From Selaginella moellendorffii (lineage: Eukaryota; Plantae; Lycopodiophyta): DNA of 64,000 nucleotides. This document shows positions 11,191 through 22,200 of this stretch, one piece after another. Positions within the stretch are counted from its first letter, which is position 1; each line of letters opens with the position of its first letter. The translations under genes were made by a program, and so were the position numbers. Where the stretch lies: positions 709,430-773,429 of the forward strand of contig NW_003314313.1 in the NCBI RefSeq assembly GCF_000143415.4, in the 5' to 3' direction. The notes beneath the pieces are model-generated. The model had not been told where the DNA came from. It did no database searches and saw nothing but the letters and a program-made list of their open reading frames with translations.

Positions 11191-13752
11191 ATGTTTCGCC
11201 TTGTTCTCATCACTCTTCTTCTGCTCTTCCTAGTCGCAAGAAGTGCCGAGCAGCAGGATGATCTGGTTCGAACCATCAGCAGTGGCGGGGACAAAGTGAC
11301 GGTGGACTTGAAGCCCTTCTCAATCCGCAGTCCCAACTTTGGCGTGCTAGTGCAGAATGACACTGGCAGCTTTCTCTCATACGACAACATCCCGCCTTCT
11401 CGTACGTACCTGGGTTCAGTAAGAGACCACCCCGGTGCCATGGCCACGGCCTTGCTCAACGTCAACGGAACTCTGTTTTGTCGAATCAGCTTCGAGAACG
11501 GGGTGGAGTGGAGCAGCACCGGAGGCGAGGCCTCGGTGAGGGGAACCACGGGTTGGAACTCGAATCCCCAGTGGCCAACCAGCCTTGTTCCTGCTTCCAA
11601 ATCCGACGCTGTACTCTTCGTAGCGGAAGTCGGAGTGGATGCTACTTACTTGTACTACCTTTCAACAGGTTCTAGCGTCGAGAACACAGTGAACATGGCA
11701 GAGTTCTCCATCCTGTCTGCGAATATGCCCTTCCTCCGAGATGCTTCCATTCTTCACACGATTGGGAAAGTGGTGATCCGTGCAACTCAGTCCCAAGATC
11801 CATATGGAAACCCCAACACCGGAGTCCTGCTCGACAGGGTGGAGAAACAATGGAAAGGTGCTATTGCTTCCGTGGTAGGCAACACTCACAAGCTCTGCTT
11901 GGTTGCCCATCCTCGGGCTAATGGAGGCCTGGCATGGGTAGCAACGGCGGCTAAGCCGGTGGGATACTCGGCCATCAGCGCTACTGCAAACGGAGATTTC
12001 ACGGTCATCTGGAGGCACGAGGCTGGTCACAACTGGGGATCTAGCCACTACGAAGGTGGTGGACGGCCCGAGGGACCGACTATCATGTCTGACAACCAGC
12101 TCTCCCGTTTCTCGTCTTCCGAGCTTGCCAAGATCCTGCGCTACAAGTCTGGTGTTCCTCGCCTTGCAAGCAACATTACGGTTGCCCGTCCACCCCGTGC
12201 GAATATGGATGCGATCGACATCCCGCAGAATTGCACCTGTTGCACTTGCTTCAAGAGCCTGGACGTTCTGGCCAACGATCTGGATGCCGACGACAAATCA
12301 CTCACGATCGCCTCGGTCCAGTCTCCTTCGGCTTTGGGCAGTGCCACTAGCATCTCAAACTCTAGCAGGAACCAGATTACTTACACGCCGTCTTTGGCAG
12401 CAGGATTGTTCCTCGACCATCTCAAGTACACTATCCAGAATTCCCTCTTGAGAAGCTCTACAGGATATGTAACCCTCCGTCCCGCTGCTCTCCTGGGCTG
12501 GTGGAAGATGGATGAGGCGAGCGGCTCGAAAGTGCAAGATTCGTCTGGGCATGCAGCGAATGGGGCACTCAAAGGAGGATCCTGGAACAACGGCAATGGG
12601 CTTTCCTTTGGAGGTGCAGGGACGGTGTCGCTCGGCGCAAGTCCCTCCATCAGAGGCAAGACATCCTTCTCCATCGCCTTGTGGATATACGTTACCAGTA
12701 CTTCAGACCAAGTCATCATCCAGCAAAGGAGTCCACCGAGCAGGATCACAAGTGGCTCCGACGGAGGATATCAGCTCAGTCTGTTTGAAGGCAAGCCCCG
12801 GTTCTGGGTGTTTTCGGACTCCGGAGATCAATTCAGATTCTCTGCCTCAGCTGCCATCAACGACGGTGGATGGCACCACATCGTAGCCGTTCGTGATCAG
12901 GCCGAGGGCCAGATCTACATTGATGGCAAGCTATCGGCCTCTGCAAGCGGCGACATCAAGTATTTGGATGTAACTATCCCCGTGTTCATGGGTGCTGATG
13001 CGCGCGACAACACCTCATTCCTCACGGGTTCCTTGATGGGGGCAAAGATCTACAGCCGAGCTCTAGAACAGGAAGAGATCCGGTATCTCAGCACCTGGCC
13101 AGAAGCTCTCGTGGCATGGTGGAAGCTGGATGACAAGAGTGGAGTCTCTGCAAAGGATTCGTCCTGGAACGGAGCAACCGGGAGCATCGAGGGATCAACG
13201 ACGTGGAATCCCGACGGCGGACTTACCTTCGACGGCGCTGGCAAGGTGGCGCTAGGAACAAAACCCTCTCTGTCTGGCAAGACATCCTTCTCCATCCATG
13301 CGTGGGTGAAGGTGCCCCCAAGTGCTGGTAAAATTTCACGAGCGATCATCATCCAGCAAAGGAGCCCGCAAAGCAGCACAACAAACGGTTTCAATGGCGA
13401 ATACTTGCTCTACTTGGTCCATGGCAAGCCTCACTTCTTTGTGTATGGGAATTCTGCGACTCAGTTCGACTTCTCTGCGTCTTCTGCCATCAACGACGGC
13501 GAGTGGCACCACATTGTGGCCGTGCGTGATAACGGTGTGGGGCGGATCTACATTGACGGCGAGCTGTCAGCTTCTAAAAGTGGCACTGTGGTGAGGAGCT
13601 TGGATGCATCTATCCCGGTGTTTCTGGGTTGGGATTCTCGCTCGGGCAATTCCTTCTTCACAGGTTCCTTGAAAGGTGTCAAGATTTATAACCAGGCTGT
13701 GGCACCCAACTTTGAGGCCGAGCGTAACACCATGCTCCTGGCATCAGCATAA
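11191..13752 (+). CDS. Secreted metzincin (reprolysin/M12B-like) zinc metalloprotease with Ig/cadherin-like domain and two LamG-like domains, 853 aa, intronless, copy 1
   Basis: First ATG is at 11191 (the ORF track starts at an upstream TTG). Signal peptide MFRLVLITLLLLFLVARS. HExxHxxGxxH = HEAGHNWGSSH (12016-12048), then Met-turn PTIMS. 'LDVLANDLDAD...ITYTP...YTI' is an Ig/cadherin-like repeat. Two LamG-type repeats (WWKMDE..DSSG..FSIALWI..NDGGWHHIVAVR..IYIDG..KIYSRAL). Confidence 0.9.
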   Translation: MFRLVLITLLLLFLVARSAEQQDDLVRTISSGGDKVTVDLKPFSIRSPNFGVLVQNDTGSFLSYDNIPPSRTYLGSVRDHPGAMATALLNVNGTLFCRISFENGVEWSSTGGEASVRGTTGWNSNPQWPTSLVPASKSDAVLFVAEVGVDATYLYYLSTGSSVENTVNMAEFSILSANMPFLRDASILHTIGKVVIRATQSQDPYGNPNTGVLLDRVEKQWKGAIASVVGNTHKLCLVAHPRANGGLAWVATAAKPVGYSAISATANGDFTVIWRHEAGHNWGSSHYEGGGRPEGPTIMSDNQLSRFSSSELAKILRYKSGVPRLASNITVARPPRANMDAIDIPQNCTCCTCFKSLDVLANDLDADDKSLTIASVQSPSALGSATSISNSSRNQITYTPSLAAGLFLDHLKYTIQNSLLRSSTGYVTLRPAALLGWWKMDEASGSKVQDSSGHAANGALKGGSWNNGNGLSFGGAGTVSLGASPSIRGKTSFSIALWIYVTSTSDQVIIQQRSPPSRITSGSDGGYQLSLFEGKPRFWVFSDSGDQFRFSASAAINDGGWHHIVAVRDQAEGQIYIDGKLSASASGDIKYLDVTIPVFMGADARDNTSFLTGSLMGAKIYSRALEQEEIRYLSTWPEALVAWWKLDDKSGVSAKDSSWNGATGSIEGSTTWNPDGGLTFDGAGKVALGTKPSLSGKTSFSIHAWVKVPPSAGKISRAIIIQQRSPQSSTTNGFNGEYLLYLVHGKPHFFVYGNSATQFDFSASSAINDGEWHHIVAVRDNGVGRIYIDGELSASKSGTVVRSLDASIPVFLGWDSRSGNSFFTGSLKGVKIYNQAVAPNFEAERNTMLLASA

Positions 13753-14364
13753 ATACCATATATATGCTATGATATATTTTGAATATATATTAAATATATT
13801 GAATATTAAATATATCTAATAAATATTATAATATTTATATTTTATCATTCCTTCCAAAGGAACAGGAATTCACCCGCAATTTCTGATGCTTTTTGCCTCA
13901 GCGAAAACACTGTAATTTACTTGTTTGAAAGTATGGGAGTGAGGATTCGACAGAATCCGAGGTCCAAGCAATGCAGGTTTAGAGATTACTTCCCAAACGG
14001 CAAACGACTACTCTAGGTAAGTCAAATTTGAATTTTGACAAAAAGAAGCAAGAAATTCACGAGCTGAATGTGATCGGTTCAAGCAGGAAGAATATCCCTC
14101 AAACAAAGTGCAATTATTTTTAAAAAATATATAAAATGTCTTCTACTTTAGGGTTCTTCAGTGAAAATGCGCTCAAGATCCGGCTGGAAGGCTTCTGCAA
14201 TGAATTGGTATGTATCCGATAATCGTTGGATTCGTCCGGTTCTTTTCTGATCATTTTTCTTCGTTTTTGGTACAGTTCAAGGTGGATTGAGTGAGAGCTC
14301 AATACGAGCTCAATACATTTTTGGTACGGTTCAATGCGAGTTCCTCTTCTGTTCAATCATACAA

Positions 14365-14985
14365 GGTTGTGATCAGGATGAACTGGACACCGACTAGATG
14401 CGCAAGTCTAAGGGTTCTAGTCGCCTACTGCTTCGTCCACATACCACGAATCAGGTGTGAACTAGATTTAGTTTGTAAATTGTGGATGAAGGTTTCGGAA
14501 ATACTTTGCTACAGTAGTAAATCAGGTTTCTCAAGTTGGTCACACTGGACTAATTGGAGGAAGTGTTCCTCTGTTTGATGAGGTAATTGGATATCTTTTA
14601 ATTTTCCAAGAATGTTGCAATTTGATATATAATCAAGCAGATTATACTGAATCTCGGTGCCATGAACTCAACCCTTTGCTTTTGATGAGGTAAACCTTCT
14701 TCGTTCTTTAGTTTTTTGTTATTAGTTGATCTTCAGTCACTCATAATAGATCAGTATTGTCATCCATTGCCTACTGTAAATGAACTGTTCTATCTCCTCA
14801 TCGAGATCACAAAGGTGCAGACGAAAGCTCACGCAATTCGTTACAGCAGAAGCCCTAAATCCGTAAATAATCAGCACTTGGTTTTTTTCTGATAAGCTTT
14901 CCCTTACTAGGTGCAATTGATGAAGAACATGAAGAAGCTCTTGGATCCTAAAGGCATTCTCAACCCTTACAACGTTCTTGCGTAA
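14365..14985 (+). pseudogene. D2HGDH: D-2-hydroxyglutarate dehydrogenase pseudogene (N-terminal and last exons, centre deleted)
   Basis: Exon remnants with splice sites: MRKSKGSSRLLLRPHTTNQ/VSEILCY, TGLIGGSVPLFDE, IILNLGAMN, KAHAIRYSRSPKS/VQLMKNMKKLLDPKGILNPYNVLA*. In-frame stop and frameshifts. Confidence 0.8.
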
Positions 14986-15629
14986 TAGTCGGGAACTTTC
15001 AGACAAATCTTCGACAAATTCTGAAAATACAATTTTCTAAAAATCGATTTAGAAACAAGCTCAAATTGTCCTGAATGTTACTTAAAAAACATTTAAGTTT
15101 TTGGTCGCACCAAAATGGCGGCAGGATTTTTCCGGCCGCACCAGCTGTGCAACTGGAAAAATCCTGCCGCACCTTCTAGCATCGACTTGGTGAGCGCATT
15201 CAGTGCCTTTTGGGCCGCACTCTTCTCCACCAGAATGAGAGGAGGCATTCTTGATTGTTGATCCATAGCTGAAGACTGCTCACTAATTCCTCAACTCACC
15301 TGGATGATCGATCGACGCCTCCTCTAAGCGCGAATACAAATGCACCGCCATAGCCAGGCTTCTAAAATTAAGGCCTACTTAATAATGATTTATGTCAGAA
15401 AATCGCTTGCCCTAATACCCTGTTTTACGGTTCTATACTTGGAATAATCTCCAAATAATTATGTCACCAGGTAGGAATAAACCTATCCCCAGGTTCGAAT
15501 CCTGGCAACCCCCTAATTTTTTGTTTTAGTTTAGTTTAGCTGACTTGCATACTAAAATACGCTTTAAAATCGTATAGTTTATCAATATTAATTTAGGGCA
15601 AGAGGCATGAAAATTTGACTTTGAAGGGC

Positions 15630-15950
15630 ATCGGCGCGCCGATCCTTTGAGATCTCTACAGAAGCAGAACACACGAAATACGTCCCGCTGAGGCATGACA
15701 CCGAAAATCTGACTAGCCTCGTCTGCGTGACCGTTCCGGGCATACAACATCAGCATCGAGTTCCACGACACCAGATCCCGCTGCGGGGATTCCTCGAACA
15801 CCGCCCTCGCCTCCTCCACGCAATTCATCATCCGGAAAGCATGACATTCCAAGAAACCAGATCCCTCACCGGGAATCCGAAACGAAACATCTGTCTGTGG
15901 CTCTGTCCAGATGCCCATTCCGGGCATATCCAAAAGCATCCAGGCGGCCA
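15630..15950 (-). pseudogene. PLS-type PPR gene fragment
   Basis: ARAVFEESPQRDLVSWNSMLMLYARNGHADEASQIFGVMPQRDV and VRDLVSWNVMLSG in different frames. Confidence 0.75.
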
Positions 15951-15974
15951 GGTTCCAGTTTGCCGCGAACTCTC

Positions 15975-16720
15975 TACTCGGCCGTCGTTGTCAGGCGGAG
16001 CAGTTAAACTGGGAACGTAGGCAACGTTCCATACGGACTCTTCTCGGTTCACGTTCCAACGAGGGACGTGCAAATGCCAAGCACGAGTGTCCAGATTGAA
16101 GGCCACCGGTCGGTCCAACAAATGGAGAAAGAGCATGTTGTTAGCCCGTTTGCAAGGAAGCAGGTGATGGGGCTCCACGTTCCTGCACAAGCCTCTCACA
16201 TCGATGCTGGACACAATCGTCCACTCCAGCTGCTGCTCATCAGCTTCTTCATCGGCCGCCTCCACGATGACCATCCACTTTGGAGCGAAGCAAGGCCTTT
16301 GTTTCCCCACAACCACAATGCCTGCTGCCATCAGCTTGGACCGGTACATGAACGGGTCCAGCCTGCCATACACCGATCCCGCATCATCCGAACCTCCTTC
16401 CGGCGGCAGTGGGGGCAACGACTTGAAATGCCAAAACGCCCATGCGTCCCTTGCCCGGCTGTAGCCCCTGATTGTGTAGCCCAAACTCACTGAGTCGCAA
16501 CAGGAGGCGTATTGCGCGTATTGCACGTCCACCTGAAAAAACACCCGGTAATTCGTGGTGGTTCTGGTTCGTGGCCATCCTCGTCGGACACCCAAAGAGA
16601 CACCGACACATAGCCCAACACGACTAAGTCGCAGGAGCCGCAGGACAGCAAAAACTTCTCCTGCAGCCGTCTTGGGCAACCGCTTCAAGGCGCCAGTCAT
16701 GGGGTTCATGACTGAAAACC
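15975..16720 (-). pseudogene. F-box family gene 3' fragment (inverted paralog of 23345-24190)
   Basis: Shares WFSVMNPMTGALKRLPKT...NVAYVPSLTA with the F-box pseudogene at 23013-24190, but lacks the F-box N-terminus. Confidence 0.75.
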
Positions 16721-18689
16721 AACTTGCATCATTGGATGACAATTCCTGCTGACATATCGAATTGCGTCAGGACAAGGGAGAGGCATGATATCTTTGTTGT
16801 GTTCACTCTTTTTAAGCAAGAAGGGTTGGGGGGAAGCTGCCGAAGCAAGAGAAGGATTCATAGCTGAGGTATGCCTGTCTTGATGCGTTTACACATATCA
16901 TCGTCTAACTGCTGGACTATGCCCAGACTGAAGTAGAAGAAGACCAACGAAAAAGAAGGAACGAAGAAGGGCCAACGTGAGGCTGAAAATATGACTGTGG
17001 AAGCATACACAGCATTAGTGCTGGCTTTCATTAAGCATCATGTCCTTCCAGGCCAAATAACAAAATTACCTCGTCTCTTTGATCACGAGCAGTCCTGCTT
17101 TGCAACAGGAGCTTGTGTCTTTCCAGCCACCATCTTTTGCAGCCCACTCCCTGCTCTTGCATGTCCCACACCATGGCCTGTAACTTCTTTGCCATGATCA
17201 GCCAAAGTGACTAGTCAATGTTGCAGATGAGTTTCTACCTGAACGTGCATGGAGATGACCATTGCATTGAAGATTCAGTCCTGAATCCTCTAAGTCATCC
17301 CTGGAGCCAGTGTCCACTCGCATGCTCTTCCACGGCCACCAGTTGATCACGGGTGGTCATCTGAACTTGTTCCAATCCATCTGTTTCTTCATTCACAATC
17401 ACTACTGAGTGATCTGAAGCTGCTGCCAGCTTCTCTGTGAGTCAGTGCTGGGAATTTCGTTTGCACTGATGTCTTTGCACTTCCCTGGCTCTCTACCTTT
17501 GGCAGTCTGGTATAAGGAATTAAGAATACAACTCAATAAAGCAAAGGAACTTTACCGTCCATGTTCACGTTTGTCGTTGTAGTTCACACCCCATGACTTT
17601 TTTAAAGTCGACTGGATCGCACATCGCTCCCGGTTGGGGTTGCCACATCAGTCATGCGGTGCTGCTCTCTGGACACAAGTAATAAAAGGATAAACCAAAC
17701 CATGTGGCAAATGCTTTAGATAAAGATGCTACCATGATCTACCAAGTTCTCGAAGAGATTGGCTGCCTCGTCTAGCCTACTGTGGTACTCCCAAGGCATC
17801 ACCTGGCCAGCAGAGATTTCATTTGGCCACCTTTGATCTACCTTCGGATTTTTCCTGCATCTGAGGTGTCCACGTTAGAAAGAAGAGAAAGATCAGACAA
17901 GCAAAACCAGGACTGAAGTTTAGGGTATACAGCCTGGCAGGCGCAGTTAATTTCATAACTTCTCAATACTATCTCATACACATCCATACTCCCCGCTAAC
18001 ATCCGCCACATTTGGAATTAATGCCTGAACCGTTGCTTTCACGTAGAATTGGAAAGCAGTCGAAACGCTCCATGAGGATGTCATTGTAACCCTCGTACTT
18101 CTTCCAGTTTGTTTGGCTTGGGTTTATGTAGGATCGTACTTGTCAACCGGCGATGTCGAAATCCAACGTCAGGTACCGTACATAGATATTTAAGTTCTGA
18201 TTTGAGAAGAGGGAGGGGAGGGTTCAGGAACTTCAGAAACTGAAACCCAAGCGCATCAATTTCCGTTCCACATCTTACCCACAGTCCTCCAACAAATGCA
18301 GGACGCGACCTCAATCTCGTACTCTATTCTCGTCGGACGACGCCCACACATTCCACAGTTGATCTCGATGCTTTGTCTGGACAATTCCTACAAATGCCAT
18401 CAAAGAGTAAAACACCAATTGCAAGTCTTTGCAAAGAAGCTAATACGTTAACGTTACCTTCGCAATCTCCTCATAAAGAGAGCTAGTTGATCCTCTCGCC
18501 GTCCTGCAGATTGAGCTCCACAGGAGGACGTCGAGCTGGGAACTGCTTCATTGTTACCATACACCTTTACGTCGATCCAATCGTCCACACTAAATTGCTA
18601 GAAGAGCTGCACGAACCAGCACAATTTAACCCTCCAGATGCATATCTTTTTCAGGAAGTGACCATCTGCATAGAAACACAATAGCCTCT

Positions 18690-18907
18690 TACGGTGATTT
18701 CCAGCCCGTTGATGGCCCCGATGATCGGCTGTGATCACTTCTCCATCTGAATCACCGGATCGGCAGATTCATCCTTCACATCCCCTTTGAAAACTTCCTG
18801 CACGGCGGTCAAATCCTGCACCAAAGCCAAACAAAGATCGATGATCGATCTTGACTCAGCAGCAGAATCGCATTTACCACTCCAGAGAAGAAAGCCCTTC
18901 CGGAGCC
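18690..18907 (-). pseudogene. Enoyl-CoA hydratase (ECHIA-like) fragment, copy of 20985-21200
   Basis: SGRAFFSG / DLTAVQEVFKGDVKDESADPVIQMEK..PIIGAING, with the intron retained. Confidence 0.75.
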
Positions 18908-19299
18908 AGATTCAGCTGCTTCCAGGGGCCGCAGCTTCCCAAGTAAGGCTTCGATTCTTCTCTGATAAGAAAGGAGGTTCAGGAGCTCACTTATCGCGGA
19001 CATCCGACTCTCATGATCATCAGCAAACTTTGTACATTGAAATTCTGGCAAAGGCGGCAAGGTAAGCTTTGCAAGGCTTTTTAGTAAACAAATTAATCAC
19101 AGTTTTCTGTAATACGATCGAAAAGATTGTTTGCAAAAGCATCGCGATACAAGAAACTGCACAAGAAACTGCGCAACTCATGGCGATTGGAGCATCTCAA
19201 CACTGCGTGAACTTTATCCGGATCAACTGTGGTTCCTGTTGCAGCAAGTCTAAATCCCAGGTACGCCACAAAAGCAGTGCCACCATTGTCCGATGTTAA

Positions 19300-20240
19300 C
19301 GACCGATTCTTTTGCAGAAATCAATAACGATTGTGGAGTTTTGTTTGTAGGTGACGATGCCCGCAGTAGCCACCTCTTATCGTCCTTCCTCAAAAAGTAT
19401 GTATTTGCAAATGCGTCGTACTGAGGTCAGCCATTGATATGGTTTGCTGAGGATGATTCCCGCGACGTCCATCTCACACACGTCCAGAAGCGCTTCATCG
19501 GAGAACTGTTGATCGAAAACCAAACACGGCACTGTTGTGTGACTCGAAGAACATGGCTCTTCTGCAACCAGATGGTCGAATCTGCTGTTATGGAGCAACA
19601 GAGATCACTTCATCGTCATCCCCCATATTATGATGACAATCTTCTGTGCGTCCTGCAGCAACGTTGGCAATCGAGTACGGCAATCTGACGCTTTGTGGCC
19701 AAACTTTCGACAATAGTTGCACCGGCCATTGAATTTCGCCGCATCGCCACTTCCGGATCCCGTGTGAGGTGCTGGACGACGTTCCTGGTCATACTGCAAA
19801 CGCGTAGCTACGGGAGCACGACCGCCAGAAGCACCGGAAGCTGTGTGCACTTGATTCACTCGCTATCGAAACTCCTTCAGTTGTGATTCATGACGAGATG
19901 CCATCAGGTAAGCTTACTTGAAAACTTTCGTCTCTAACTCCTTTCGAATACCAGGTCGAAGTCCCAAGCCATTTCTCTTCTTCGTGTACACCCAACCGAA
20001 TTTGAAGTTCATGGAAGCGATCGGTGAAATCAGTAACGGACTCCTCTGGTTCCTGACAAAGATCCTGCCACTTCATGTACAGCTGCTCTTCGTATTGGTG
20101 AGGTAAGAACCGAGCGAGTAGTAGCTTCTTCAACTGCAAACAAGTCGTAACTGGTTCATGTTCTTTGCGACGAACTCGCGTATCAAACCACCGACTCGCC
20201 ATCTTCCGGAAGTTGAGAGCAGCGAAGTCAACTTGCACAC
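19300..20240 (-). mobile_element. Ty3/gypsy gag-protease remnant
   Basis: Retrotrans_gag-like 'LKKLLLARFLP..LCQEPEESVTDFTDRF', zinc knuckle CNYCRKFGHKASDC, and protease C-terminal-like 'DVCEMDVAGIILSKPY'. Confidence 0.8.
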
Positions 20241-20984
20241 AGAGGTCGCATCCTGCATTTGTTGGAGGACTGTGGGTAAGATGTGGAACGGAAATTGATG
20301 CGCTTGGGTTTCAGTTTCTGAAGTTTCTGAACCCTCCCCTCCCTCTTCTCAAATCAGAACTTAAATATCTATGTACGGTACCCGCCGGTTCCTACATAAA
20401 CCCAGGCCAAACAAACTGGAAGAAGTACGAAGGCAGTTGCAAGGGTTACAACGACATCCTCATGGAGCGTTTCGACTGCTTAATTCTACGTGAAGGCAAC
20501 GGTTCAGGCAGGAATTCCAAAAGTGGCGGGTGTTAGCGGGGAGTATGAGATAGCATTGAGAAGTCATGAAATTAACTGCGCCTGCCAGGCTGTATACCCT
20601 AAACTTCAGTCCTGGTTTTGATCTTTCTAATGTGGACACCTCAGATGCGGGACAAATCAGGTAGATCAAAGGCGGCCAAATGAAGCTGGCCAGGTGAGGC
20701 CTTGGGAGTTTCTGCGTCCAGAGAGCAGCACCGCACGACTGCTGTGGCAACCCTGTTCACTGTCCCATTGTTGAAGAGGAGGATGTTGCGACAGGCCAGC
20801 TCTATCCGGTAAAGATTGGCAACGTCCAGCTTCCTTGAAAGTCGACGACCGGTAAACCCTAAATTTTCTTCCCACTTCTTGTTACTTTGAATGGCGCCAA
20901 TTACAATTAATTGTAAGAATTGCTGTGAGTGTCGATGAACTTGGTCTGAGAACTTGCAACCAGAATGTCACATGCGAGTGAAAT

Positions 20985-21305
20985 CTGGTGATTTCCAGCC
21001 CGTTGATGGCCCCGATGATCGGCTTTGAGCACTTCTCCATCTGAATCAACGGATCGGCAGATTCATCCTTCACATCCCCTTTAAAAACTTCCTGCGCGGC
21101 GGTCAAATCCTGCACCAAAGCCAAACAAAGATCAATGATCGATCTTGACTCAGCAGCAGAATCGCATTTACCACTCCAGAGCAGAAAGCCCTTCCGGAGC
21201 CGGTGATGATGATCACTTTGACCTCCGGATTGCTGTTGAGTTGCCGGAAAATGTTGGCTAGATCCGTGCTCTCTAGAAATTTTGAGCAAGTTTTTGAACA
21301 CAATT
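20985..21305 (-). pseudogene. Peroxisomal enoyl-CoA hydratase/isomerase (ECHIA-like) gene fragment
   Basis: DLANIFRQLNSNPEVKVIIITGSGRAFCSG | intron | DLTAAQEVFKGDVKDESADPLIQMEKCSKPIIGAING (crotonase motifs). Truncated at both ends. Confidence 0.8.
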
Positions 21306-21499
21306 TGCCCTAAAGGGCAGTTGTTTTTTGAAAACAAAAAATATTCTAGAACATTCTTTAAATATCCGGTCCGTACGCTCGGGTTTCGGCGCTCGGGAAA
21401 ATGTCGGACTCGTTCAGTTTCTGTTCTCCAACAGCAGTCGGTAAGTCAGATCAATTTTCCATATTTTGAAAACTTAGAAGACCATGAAAGATCTTGAAC

Positions 21500-22200
21500 T
21501 TGGAAGATGATGAAAACTTACTGGTTACCACTATGTTGGTGATCAATTTCGTTGGAAGAATCAATCATCAGGCCCCGTATTCCGTATTTTTGGAGCAGCT
21601 CTTGCTCGATCTAGCAGTCTTTCATTCTCACACCTGCATTGAGAATAGCTATAGATTTGTTTCTTGAAGAAGATCGTACCTGATGAGGTAGACGTTATTA
21701 TCCAGCCATTCCAAACCAGCAGCATACTCTTCCGGAAGTAATCTTGGTATGGATCCTCCATACCTGTTAAGAACGAGTTGAAATCTTAAATGAATGATGA
21801 ACAGAAAAATTCTTCTTGCTTTGCCTGGAAAAACAGTGACCTCCAAGACGTAACACTTAAATTGCATCCTACAGAAACCAACCTTATTCTCCATTGAACA
21901 AAGAGCAAAGATCCAGTTCTTGGAGTGATTAAGATTGCAAACAAGATCATCGATCCACTCGCTTTTCCCTGAATTTGGTACTCCAGTCACAACTGTTACT
22001 GGAGTACCAAAGAAACAACAATCATTCATAAGCTGCGAACAGGATACTTACTAACTAGAAAACTGGAAAAGCCCGCGGATGCAGCGTCCAGCAAACCTTC
22101 TTTTCCTACATTGAGCATAGCGGAAACTACAGCGGATTTTACCTCGTTTGCATCCTGAACAAATGTGTCGGCTTGGCGAGGAAAGAACTGCAACGCCATG
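21500..22200 (-). pseudogene. Twinkle-type organellar primase-helicase gene fragment (several exons)
   Basis: Walker A 'VTVVTGVPNSGKSEWID', 'FALCSMENK', 'GLEWLDNNVYLIR' and an upstream 'QDANE' TOPRIM-end motif. Disrupted. Confidence 0.8.

Larger units (their letters stand above)
10737..16583 (+). repeat. Segmental duplication copy 1 (direct repeat of ~42717-49395)
   Basis: Colinear near-identity (offset 32317 across the protease gene). Copy 1 lacks a ~360-bp block (42806-43168) and a ~450-bp block (~47941-48390) that copy 2 has. Confidence 0.95.
17787..20709. repeat. Inverted repeat pair: arms ~17787-18311 and ~20241-20709 (fragment of an unidentified spliced gene)
   Basis: Both arms encode PAFVGGLWVRCGTEIDALGFQFLKFLNPPLPLLKSELKYLCTVP on opposite strands (ORFs 18081..18314 - and 20165..20536 +). 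Confidence 0.9.

Noticed and set aside
11191-13752. Bacterial contaminant contig as the explanation for the protease ORF
   Set aside because: Both copies are duplicated together with intron-containing plant gene remnants and AT-rich flanks, with no neighbouring operon-like genes. Read-level confirmation is still advisable.
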